Origin: Intoshia linei
Taxonomy: Eukaryota; Animalia; Orthonectida
Length of the DNA: 64,000 bases
Assembly (NCBI GenBank): GCA_001642005.1
Contig: LWCA01000056.1
Location: 1-64,000, forward strand
Direction: 5' to 3'
Part shown: piece after piece, positions 11,801 to 22,532 of the stretch
Numbering within the stretch: the first letter of the stretch is position 1
Layout: each line of letters opens with the position of its first letter
The notes under the pieces: generated by a model
Database searches by the model: none
What the model was told of the DNA's origin: nothing
Seen by the model: only the letters and a program-made list of their open reading frames with translations
Position numbers and translations under genes: made by a program

Positions 11801-14800
11801 CGTCTTTCATATAACATCATAGTTTGATGAAATTGTTCACCCTTTTCGTCTGACCACATACCGCAGTTTAGCGCAAAGAAATCTAAATGAAATTCTAGGT
11901 AATGCATTTTTATGGTATAAAGGCAGTTCATTTCTTGGTATTTTATCAATAACTCATCGATTAAATCCTTGTAATTTTCAGATCGATTGTTTCCAAGAAA
12001 AAATGAGATTACATTTTCCAAAGCATTAAACGCATCTTTTTATTCAGGTTTAAGGGTAGATTAAAAATGTACATATTTTAATAATTTTCTAATTTGTGGG
12101 CCATTTAGTATACCAGCCATTAATTTAGCGTCACTGAGATTAGGAAAAATTTATGATGGCCGCAGTAAGTTTGTAGTATACGTGTTGGACAGTATAATTC
12201 TTGTTTAAATCTTGTTTAAATATCATGAGAATGCAATTATAAAATTAACTCATCGCTTTAATTAATTGAAAGATGTAATAAAAACTTTATTTGACATGTT
12301 ACTGTTTTTTTGTGAGTAAAAATTTAATAGAATAGTAGAATTACTAATTAAAATATCACATGTTTTCGATCTTCAATTATAAAAATATGTATATCGTCAG
12401 AATCACAAAAATTAGCTGATTATTTTAATATATGTTACATTCAGTTTCTTTTTGCAATGTTGGACAGTGTTATTAGACTAATATGATGCGATTATTATGA
12501 TATTAAAGTCAGTTCTTTTCGAAGGGGTTACGAATAATGATAGATTATCTATTTTATATAATTTCAATCCGAACCAAGCATACTGTTGGCTGTTGAAAAC
12601 CCTAAATATTAAATTTAAGACCAATGAAATAGAAACAATGAATTCTTGTAATTCGGGTGAAAATTGATTTAAATTTTTATTGTTCCGAGAATTAAAATAA
12701 ATATTCAACGGCAAGCCTAAAAAATCTAAGAAAATTGTCTAAGTTTAAAATTTATTCGTTATACAATTCAGTAAAATCAGTTATATTGCACATCAGTTCA
12801 TAATGATGAAACACCACTTTAATTTCGACAGATTATTTAAATAATACATACAATTTAAACAAAAAAATTACATTTCATTGCATATGAACTATCAGTAGCA
12901 ATAATCAATTTTTTTTGATCCAAACAAAGTGCAATGTTAATTGACCTTAGGCAAGCCTAATGTACATTAAATTAATTAATGATCAATATAGTATTGTTAG
13001 GGTTGAATTAGACCTCAGAAAGGTCTAATAATATTACGTTCAATTCGGCATCATTGCATGTGCAATTTTTACTATTTAATTTTTCGGAAACATTGCTAAT
13101 TATCAAGTATAAAAATGTGTATAATAAGATTTACTATTGATTATCATGACCCCAATATACACCAACGGCTGATTTAGTTTCATTTGTGCCATTACCTGAA
13201 CATGATCCATCTGTAAAGCAAATCAATACATTTGAATCTACAGTTTAATTCAATATAATAGTATATATAGATGTTTTCAACTGGTGACACATTCAGTGGT
13301 CAGGTTTTAGTAGACTAGTCTACGTCAGTGTTTCAGAACCGTGGGGCCTACGACTTTTTGGTGGGGCCTGGAAAATATTTCATCCAATAATTATAATCAC
13401 TTGTTTTGGTTAAATCAATCCAGTTACAGGATTACCAATACACAATAATAATAATGTAAATCATTTTAAAATAATAATAGATGATTTTAATATACGTTTT
13501 AAAGATATCAAACTTATGGATTTTCGATTGTGGTTGACACTAGTGTTTCAATTTTACCAACTTTTTCATTACCGGTAATTACTTTTATAAGAATAGCTTA
13601 AATCATCTTCAAATATAATAAGGTATAATGAATAATTTAATTACTTTTACGATGAAAAATTCATTAAGAATAGATAAAAACAATTTCACATACAATTTTT
13701 CATCAATAGATCAGAATCAAAAATAAACATTGATGTGACGTCAAAAAATGGTTTCGAATCGTCGAAATAATAAACATTTTTTATTTTTTCACCTTGAAAT
13801 TAAAAATCCAAAGAATTCAATATACTTGAATATTAAAAATAAAAATATAATAAAAGATTTATTTATTCAGTCTCAATAGGATTCAAATTATTAGGAAACA
13901 ATCTTTATTTACATCTAATTATTACTTTCAAAGAGTGGAGAACGACTTAATTAGCGGTTATTAAAAATTTATATATGTAAATTGATATAATTATTTGCAA
14001 TATTAACTCTACATCAATATCTCAAAAACGTTATTACACAATACACGTTTTATTATAATTATAAAAAAAATTTTTAATTAACGGTAACCAAAAATAATTA
14101 CTGGTAAATCTCGAAAAAATAATTACCGGTAATAATTTACCGATATTGAAACACTAGTTAACCTTTTACGGTGGAGTTATTAATTGTAAATATCAAATAC
14201 CAAGAAAAACTAATAACACCAATAATTCTATAAGTATACATGATAAATACTTACAAACTGTATTTGGCATCAACGAAATTATGATGTGGCATACCGAAGA
14301 AATTTTAAAAATATCTCATTTTACTATGATGGTTTTTTTGCCATTTTTATCTTCTTATTTAGCAGAATGCTGGTTTAGTGCTGTTTTAGACTTACAAAAC
14401 TGTTTGTACTAATAAAAAAGAGAAATAGACTCCAAATTTCAAAACGAGGAGATCTACGTTTAAAGCTTACAACATTAGTGTCTAATATTAAAAAAATCTT
14501 TAAGAACCTTCAGATCAATCATGTAATATACTCTAAATAATAAATAGATTGTAATGTTTTTATCATTATTTTATTATAATTCGCTCAAATTTCGACAATA
14601 ATAGTTTGCCATTTATAATATTTTAACATTTATAAGGTATTAGAAAATTATAGTTTTTAATAGAAAGTAATCTTAGAATAAATAATAATTTTTTGTAAGT
14701 GAACTGTTGTATCAGCCACAAAAAATTTGACCGTTAAGGCAAATTGTTTTTCAGTGAGGCCTGGGACTTTTTTAAGAGTGAAAGTGTGGCCTAGCATAAA

Positions 14801-15382
14801 AAAAGTTGGAAAAAACTGGTCTACATTAAGGGTCGTTAACCTTTTACATCTCATGGACCACTTTTTATATCAATAAATTATATTGGCCGTTTTTCAAAAT
14901 TTACACATGATACATTTAAATTTTAACTGAACAGAAACGATTCTAGTATATTCAACAAAATAAAATGCAGAGCGATCTGAAAATTCAGTATTGAAGTGAA
15001 AAAAGTTAAAAGTTGAGAAATAAATAATTTACATATTTACTCAAAGGACGACCAAAATTATTCTGTGAGCCGCTTTTGCCCGCGGGCTACTGGTTACCGA
15101 CACCTGGTCTACATAAAACGATCTATTTGTAGTTATATAAATTCACAGGAAAAAACTTTTATTATTTTTTAGTTAAATTGAAAACCTAATAATTCATTAA
15201 ATTAGATACTAGTTTGAAAATAATGTAAATATATTTTTATACCGTTTACCAGCCAGTTGTGTTCATTTTTACATTTAATTCCATATATTTTATAATTTTG
15301 AATACACCCTAAAATGAAAATATTATTTCACTATATAAAAATTAGTATTCTTTAATTTTTTACCAGATACATTGTACTTCAT
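8838..15382 (-). CDS. RNASEH1: Ribonuclease H1 (N-terminus uncertain)
   Basis: Exons ~13135-13237, ~13039-13096, 12872-12956, 8955-9080 and 8838-8915 give ICFTDGSCSGNGTNETKSAVGVYWG...TCNDAELNAC...IATDSSYAMKCITTWRFNWIKNNWKTSNNKTIKN...KVKGHSKNVQNDAAHKLAKNG. Upstream exons ~15243-15308 and ~15364-15382 splice in frame but are tentative. Confidence 0.9.
9094..10529 (+). mobile_element. Tc1/mariner (DD34E) transposon with a decayed transposase
   Basis: TIRs TACTCCCTCGCA..AATTTTGCAATTA (long, imperfect) with flanking TA at 9092-93 and 10530-31. Relic ORF has IIWGC, FVFQQDNARPH, WPPYSPD..PI*NLW, with stops and frameshifts. Confidence 0.9.
10566..12469 (-). mobile_element. CMC/Chapaev-3-like DNA transposon, internally deleted
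   Basis: TIR CACTGTCCAACA / TGTTGGACAGTG; 3-bp TSD TTA on both sides; transposase remnant PNLSDAKL...GPQIRK...FLGNN...KMHYLEFHLDFF...SDEKGEQFHQ at ~11743-12150 (-). Family name comes from my recollection of the motif, CAC termini and TWA TSD. Confidence 0.75.
10974..11637. mobile_element. hAT MITE nested in the Chapaev-like element
   Basis: TAGGCATTCTCAAC / GTTGAGAATGGCTG termini; 8-bp TSD ATGTAAGT at 10966-10973 and 11638-11645. Confidence 0.85.
13326..14818 (+). mobile_element. hAT (Buster/Charlie) element with transposase C-terminal remnant
   Basis: CAGTGTTTC / GAAAAAACTG termini; TSD GTCTACGT / GTCTACAT; remnant FLPFLSSYLAECWFSAV...KKRNRLQISKRGDLRLKLT at ~14330-14490. Confidence 0.8.
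13541..14156. mobile_element. Nested TIR element (hAT-like MITE)
   Basis: TIR TAGTGTTTCAAT / ATTGAAACACTA with subterminal TTACCGGTAA repeats; TSD degenerate. Confidence 0.65.
14827..15106. mobile_element. hAT MITE
   Basis: Flanked by GTCTACAT (14819-26 and 15107-14); homologous to 62837-63071. Confidence 0.8.
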
Positions 15383-17019
15383 AGTTAGTGACTAACTGTT
15401 AGTCATGTATATCAGAATAGTAAATTATGTTTTCGTGTAAAAAATACACAGTTGAAATTTTTTTAACACAATTGAAAAAATGTTAATTTCCACATTACAT
15501 AATGTCAAAAATCATAAAAGAAATAGGCGTCATGATGAAACGAGTTTGGCTTGTGTAACGTTAAAATCAACAAATTACGTTCCTCCCATTGAAAAAACTG
15601 TAGCGTAATTGCTTAAATCTAATTAAATGTAAAAACTAATTTTTTTAACTCATTTTCTCTCACCAAATATGTCTTCATCTCAGTTTGATTGCAAATAGGA
15701 GAAAATATTTTTTTACTAACAACATACTAGAAATTAATTTCTGAAAATAATATTAAAATTAACACACCTAGTTTGAGTTGGCTGTTATCACTGATGTATA
15801 TTATACAATGTATAATATACATCATTTACTTACATATAAATGAAAGTCCGTATATAACTGTTTAATTAAAAAATTAAATCATATACAATGTAATATAAAA
15901 AACTCAATTTCTATTACAGTTTCTTAGTGATTCCCAAATTTTATTCTTAGAAATTGGGGCCTTTATGGTCAAAATACAAAACTACCATTTTTTAAAAATG
16001 ATAATTTTATAGTCCTAGAAATTAAAAAAAGATAAATTCTGGGACAGCTATTAAAATCATTTAGACTATCGTAAATCTCACATCACAAAATTACATCTTT
16101 ATGGTAAAAACCCAAAATTACCTTTTTTTGAAAATGAAACGAGTACTAGAATTTTAATAAAACATATTTTTAGAATGTTTTTAAAATCATGAGCATTATC
16201 ATAAAGCATAACCTCAACAACTTACCTCTTCACGACCAAAACCCAAGCTTACACTTTTTTTAAAAAGTAAAGTCTTGAAAAACCTTGATCGTCGTTTAAA
16301 AAAAACACATCCATCACCAAACTATTGGCAAATTAATATATATTATTAGCTATATTTAATTAAAAGATACCGCATAAAATTTTTGAGTATCTTTGAAAAA
16401 CAGGTTTAACATAATTAATCATTTCAAATTTCTATATAATCCAAGTTTCACGTGATTTAGATATCGCAAATGTTTGATTAAATTTATCAATCTAAATGTT
16501 AATTATAAAATGAAAATCATTAGAACCGAAAAAAATAAATAGATAAATAATCCACTTTTAAACTTGGATCAAAAACAGTTTTCAAAATGCAGTATGTATC
16601 CTTAAATTATTATTAAAAGCCCATCACTAAGACATTCGTCATCACATTTTTCAGTGTTACTCTTGCAGTTTGTCAGAGCAGTGGTTCTCAATATGGCAGA
16701 AAATCCCTCTAAGGGGGAGATTCAAAATTCAGAAACTAACATATTAAAAAGTAAATTATCATTCAAGCGGTAATTGTCAACTAAAAAGGTAGAATTTAAG
16801 TTATTTTAGTTGATTTAAACTTGATAAAACAATGTATTATTTCACAGTACACCATAATAAATTTAAAAAACCTTAAAAAGCGTGATAAAACATTATACAC
16901 ATAAGGCTACATCAATTCAAAAAATGAAAAAATATTAAAAATATCTTTATTAAAAATTGCACAAATTTAAACAAAATTTTATCCTAAAATGTTATAAAAT
17001 ATAAATTAAATTGACAAAA

Positions 17020-20000
17020 ATGCAATATGAAATTTCAGATTCCAATTTAAAACAAATTTATCAGAACAACAATGTTAACAATGTATTAATTTCGAAAAAT
17101 CATGATAAATTCGTAAAAATTGATTGCATTATGGGTAAATTTATCATTGTTTGTAAATTTTGTCAAATTTAATTTCTAAAATGTATTAACCTAATCTAAA
17201 ATTTTTAATTAACCGTCTAAATTTTAGGAATAGACGAAGCAGGACGTGGACCTGTTTTAGGTAAAAAATAAAAATACAATGTACAATATTGAATTTTTCA
17301 TAGGACCCATGGTTTATGGGGCTGCATTTTGTGAAATTAAAGATAATGTTACAAAATATGGATTCGTTGGTACATTCTTAATTACTTTTGTATTATCAAA
17401 GGTTTTATTTTAAAGTTCTTTATTATTATTATTTTAATTTAAAAATTCAATTACATCTTGTAAAGCAAATCCTAACTTATATAATATGCGACGCGATTTT
17501 TGTTTGTGTGTCTGTGTGTCCTATTTTATTGAAATAACTAGTATTCTTAGAATTTTTTAAAGACCACATTTCAATTAGTTTTTTCCGAAACGTATAATAA
17601 GATAAATTTCAACCTCCCAATTTCACATCTTAAGGGTCAAAAACCCTGTTGTCCCTCTTTTTGAAAATTAAACGAATTGAAGAATTTAAAAATATATATA
17701 CGTTGATGCGGATTTCTAAATCATAAACATTATCATAAATTTAAATTTAACCTTCATGGCCAAAACCCCAAATTTCCTTTTCAACAATATTACCCTCAAC
17801 AATATCATTAGTAAAAAGTAGCCTGAAGAAATTTAATATTGAAATATTGTTTCTGTCAAATATAGTATTTTGTGATGGATTAAATTTAGTAAATTGTTCA
17901 TTCGTGGATTCAAGTTTGCTTTCATAACAATAATAATTCAATAAAAAAAAAAATAAAATTCAATAATATACGTTTTCATAGTTTTTAGCTGTGAAAAAAT
18001 ATATGTACTGAGTGCACTCAACTCAATACAAATAAATAAAAATGTAGTAAATTTAAAGTGTCACTTTTATTGCATTATCTTTTATTGTTATTTTATGACT
18101 ATAAATTAATTTATTTAGCCGATCGTGTAAGACAAATTTCATTCATAATTATGGGTCAAAAATGACCCCGTGCGAGTAGTGAAGGGTTAAGTTAAATTTT
18201 CAACATAAATTTATTTTTTTGGTATAATAAAAGAGTGCTCTCGGCAGAGCTAGGTGCTGTTTGTATGTAGTACAAAACTGCCAAGCTAGTTAATTATAAT
18301 TGTTGAAATACATTTGTACATTTGAATAAAAATGTATACGTTTATTAAATTTTTCAAATTGAATGATAATTTGGTATCTATATTTACCGTTTCAAAAAGT
18401 TATGTTGTAAAAAATGTAAATTAAATGTAAATAATGTACAAATTGTACAAATGTTGATTCAAGTTGATAAAATTAAATTAATTTTTGTTGTAACATCACA
18501 TAATATATTTATATTAATTAATTAAATATTTTAATTTTACATTATACTTGTATAAGACGGAAAATGTCACAAAATTTCCAGTAGGATCTGGTAGCGTTGA
18601 TCTGTAACTCAAGCGAGTACTGTTTGTTTGCAAAACTCGTAGTGATGTATAGCTTTGTCTCAATGCGTTATTTCGGATGTCCTAGCTGGGCCAGACATCA
18701 ACATGTGTCAATTATGGTAGCATAATTAGTACAGGTTGTATAATGAGGAGCGTTCGGCTGAGGAGCGAAAGCTAGCAGGTCAAAGCCCCCGTGTCTGGTG
18801 GCAGCGGGATAGCATCTGATAGTGTTGGGCTTGGTTGTATTCACCTTGTGGCCATACCAAACAAACTTTTTGTTAAATTTTTCTTTATATTTTGATGTTT
18901 TTTTTTGTATTTCTTATTTTAATTACATTTTAAAATTTTTTTATGGAAAGGACACCCGTCAGATTCATAAATTTTCATTTTTTTTTCTTCGTGATTAGTT
19001 TGTAAAATTCATTTTAGATTCAAAAACAATCAATGAATCTAAACGAAATTCAATTTTTCAATCTATAAATCAAAATTCAGACATTGGATGGATTGTAAAT
19101 GTTGTTTCGCCAAATTTTTTGTCTAATTCTCAATTATCTAGGTATTTACTGTTTTTAAAATAATATAATTTTTTCTAAAAATACGAATATAGAACAAAAT
19201 ACAATTTAAATACCATATCTCATGATTGTGCCATCAATCTGGTTACATTAGTAATTGAAAAGGGTATAAATATTGTTGAATTGTATGTTGACACAGTTGG
19301 GGATCCTGTCAAGTACGCACAGTTGTTGGAAAAAAATTTTCCGCGTATTAAAATATGTGTTTCCAAAAAGGCTGATTCCAAGTACGAAATTGTTGGTGCA
19401 GCTAGTATTTGTGCCAAGGTATCAAGTTTTTTTCAGTTTAACATTATTTGGTCATTTTGAAAGGCAAATTTTTAAGAATATTTTCGTGTAAATTAGTCTT
19501 GCATTATGAGTATTTTTGTTAGCTTTTTAGGATAGTTTTCAAGTAAAAAATGGGTATTTTAAATTAAAATAATAATTTAAAATTTTTGTTGCTAAAATAA
19601 GATTTTACATCAATTAGTGTGACTATTTTTAAAATCTTCTTTTTTATATTTCATTTACTTGTATATAGGTTATTAGAGATGCTGTTATTAAAAACTGGAA
19701 GTTTTTGGAGGATGATAATAACGACTTGTATAATAATTTTGGATCTGGATATCCTAATGGTAAATATTTCATATCATTTTTTGAAATCATTCAGGGTAGA
19801 CACAATAAGCTACAAGTTTTGTAAGTTATAAGTTATAAGTTGTAATCTTTATTTTCAGCAGATGAATTTAATTTAATGGTTGTAATAATTACCTTCAATG
19901 CAATTTAAATGACCGAAGCTCATTAAGTAAAATGTAGAGGGAATTTAATTCATTTATTTCAAATTATATTTTTTCATTTTTAAAAATAGGTTTCATTTGT

Positions 20001-22501
20001 GGTTTTGGTCGTAAAGACGCATGTTTATGAGTTTGAGTTGGAATTATTCCATAAAATATAATCATGGTGGGCTGCGATACAATGTAACGAGTCAAAACAT
20101 GAATATTGAAGTGTTAATAATGACTACATTTAATATTTGCTCTGCATAAAAAAAGTTTCTATTTATTATTTCATGCAATATTTAGTTATGAAAAAGTTTC
20201 ACTTTTTATTTTTTCAATTAACCGAAAATATAAATCAAAAAAACCAATTAATTGAAAAATATATTTTCAATTATTTCCAATACCTGCTAGTGATTAATAA
20301 TGAAAATTCTAATTCTTCTCTTGAGCAGAATCAACAAAAACTATACATAAAAGTGTTTATATTTTGTACATTTTAATTAATTAATTAATTAATAAATTAC
20401 ATAATTATACATAAGATTGGTATCATTGTGCGAATTGGTATGTAAAAATTAATTTCTAATTTTTAGGTTGTATAATAATTTTTTTATTTTTCTTACAATT
20501 TCTTAATAAAAATATTTTGTTAGGTTGTACATGACCGCAGGTCCATCTGACACGAACCACGAACTTGTCGGTTGTATTTCAGGTGATTTCAGGAATATAA
20601 GTGAATTAAGACGTTTATTCTCTGGAGCGACATTTGTTTGAGAGATGTATTGTTGAAGCGATAGAGCGACAATTCATCGATTTTACTAATTTATTATATC
20701 CTTGATTTTTTCACAAAATTTTAGTGAATTTCTTTATTCATATTTTTTTATTACTTTTATTATCTTTATTCATAATTTTGGGACCAAAATTTTGTAGGGC
20801 TTTTAGGGGAATATTTTTTTCTACAATTTTTAAAAGAATTTGAAAATAATTTTGAGACCAAAATTTTATAGGGCTTTTAAGGGAATATTTTTTTCTATCA
20901 TTTTAAAAGATTTTGAAGATAAAATTGGGATGAAAATTTTGTAGGGTTTTTAATGGAAGTTTTTTTATTGAATTTTTGAAGATCCTATAAAATTTTTAAA
21001 ATATTCCCTTCAAATCCCATAAAATTTTTAAAAATTGGGTGAAAAAAATCCCTTAAAAACTCTACAAAATGTTGGTCATTGTCATATAAAAAACCTTGAA
21101 AAAACCACAAAAATGTTGTCAAAAAATAAATATTATGATTGATTAACAAAAACGATGATTATGTCTCTAACAATATATTTCTCAAACGTATGTCGTTCAA
21201 CTGAATGTACGCCGTGGATTAAAAACGTTGATATTTTATCATGTGGTAAAGGATACGAATAATTTTTATTTTGAAAAATTTAACTTGTCAAAGACATAAC
21301 TAATTTATAACAATGCATTGCAAATTACATTATTCTACATGTAATATTCTAATATATTTTTAGATCCATTAACAAAGGCTTATTTAAAGAAAAATTTGAA
21401 TCAAACGTTTGGATTTCCTACATTAGTAAGATTCGATTGGTCTACGGCAAAAAAAATTATTGACACTTCATGTGTTGCTATTGAATGGTAGTTTTAATCT
21501 ACATAATTTATTTATACGCTACAATAGGGACCGGGAGGACATTTTCCGGTTATTATCCGCTCGGTTCGTAAAAATTGTATATGATATGTATAATTTTTAT
21601 ATTATGAAAATTGAGACTTATTTACCGTAAATCAGTGTTTCCCAACCTTTTAAGTGTCATGTTTTATTTTTATCCTTACGAAATTTTTGAGTTTAATGTA
21701 AACATTTTTAGTCTATCAAAAATATGCGAATTTACCAAAGTTTAGTTTTATCTTGTTCAAAAATTATCATTGCTGTAACTTTACCTGATAAATTTTACCA
21801 TTGTGTTTCAATAGTAGTTATAAGTTATAACTTTAAAGTTAAATATGATGTGGTCAATGGCCACTGATCATTATTGTAATCAAAAATGCATGTAAAAATA
21901 CCTCTAAAGATATATATAAATTTTAATAAAAATTGAAATTATCAATGAATTTGTAACAATAGAAAATCATTGATAACAATAATCAATGATTTTGTTTTCT
22001 AAAATTTTTAAAGCCCAACCAAATATTCACAAATCTCACTCAAATTTTCTAAGCCCCACCGGTGGGGCACACGCCCCACGTTGGAAATTGCTACCCTAAA
22101 TCATTTGATATATTTATACCATTTGACAGCAAATATGTATTATTCCGATAACTGCTATACAGTATCATCCTTACTTATATAATATGCTATGCAATATTTG
22201 TTTGTGTGTATGTGTGTGTTACCGTTTATTTCAATAACTACCAATCTTAGAATTTTATAAAGTACACATTTGAATTACAGTTTTTTCCGGGTGTTAGCAA
22301 ATAAATTTCAACCCCTTAACTCACATTTTACGGGTCAAAAACCCCAGTTGTTCCTCTTTTTGAAAATTAAACGAGATTTTGATTTTATATTAATGTAGGG
22401 ATAATGAAGAAAAAAGAAAGATTAAACCTAAAGTAAACATGAATTATGGAAAAAAGAAACAATATTTTTTGGAATCATTTATATACCAAGATAGTTTTTA
22501 A
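17020..22501 (+). CDS. RNASEH2A: Ribonuclease H2 catalytic subunit A
   Basis: Spliced: [20 protein letters not shown]...GFVDSK...YNLNTISHD...LYVDTVG...KKADSKYEIVGAASICAKVIRD...FGSGYPNDPLTK...FGFPTLVRFDWSTAK; stop TAA 22499-22501. Confidence 0.96.
17470..18289 (+). mobile_element. Non-autonomous Helitron (both ends present)
   Basis: Inserted between A and T; 5' TCCTAACTTATATAAT plus a (TG/TC) microsatellite; 3' hairpins ending CTAG; no TSD. 5' ends also occur at ~22168(+), ~3400(-), ~37195(-), ~48570(-) and ~52897(-). 3' ends also occur at ~29880, ~44354, ~50889(-) and ~63350(-). Confidence 0.75.
18551..18556 (+). promoter_or_regulatory. TATA-like element ~30 nt upstream of the SRP RNA
   Basis: TATAAG at -30 from the inferred +1; the AT-rich background limits significance. 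Confidence 0.35.
18581..18871 (+). ncRNA. RN7SL: Signal recognition particle RNA (7SL), in RNASEH2A intron 3, same strand
   Basis: Helix 8 GGCTGAGGAGC-GAAA-GCTAGCAGGTC; helix 6 AATTATG-GTAG-CATAATT; Alu UGUAA motif; helix 5 pairings GTTTGTTTG/CAAACAAAC, TCGGATG/CATCTGA and GCCAGACA/TGTCTGGT; T5 terminator; ~290 nt. Confidence 0.92.
18867..18871 (+). terminator. RNA Pol III oligo-T terminator of the SRP RNA
   Basis: TTTTT immediately after the helix-5 closing strand CAAACAAAC. Confidence 0.8.
20610..21213. mobile_element. Mutator-like (MULE) foldback MITE
   Basis: Imperfect TIRs with repeated GAGCGA subterminal motifs; 9-bp TSD GTGAATTAA / GTGGATTAA; related copies at ~640-1000 and ~37422-38000. 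Confidence 0.7.
21632..22094. mobile_element. hAT MITE
   Basis: CAGTGTTTCCCAAC / GTTGGAAATTGCTA; TSD CCGTAAAT / CCCTAAAT. Confidence 0.7.
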
Positions 22502-22532
22502 TATTATACAATTGTATTAAAATTTTTACAAT

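Noticed and set aside
8838-13237. RNase H domain as part of a retrotransposon
   Set aside because: It is split by spliceosomal introns, has no RT/integrase/LTR nearby, and its motifs match cellular RNase H1
15490-15610. Candidate hybrid-binding-domain exon (FFQWEE) for RNase H1
   Set aside because: Could not be spliced in frame to the downstream exons with the available GT-AG sites
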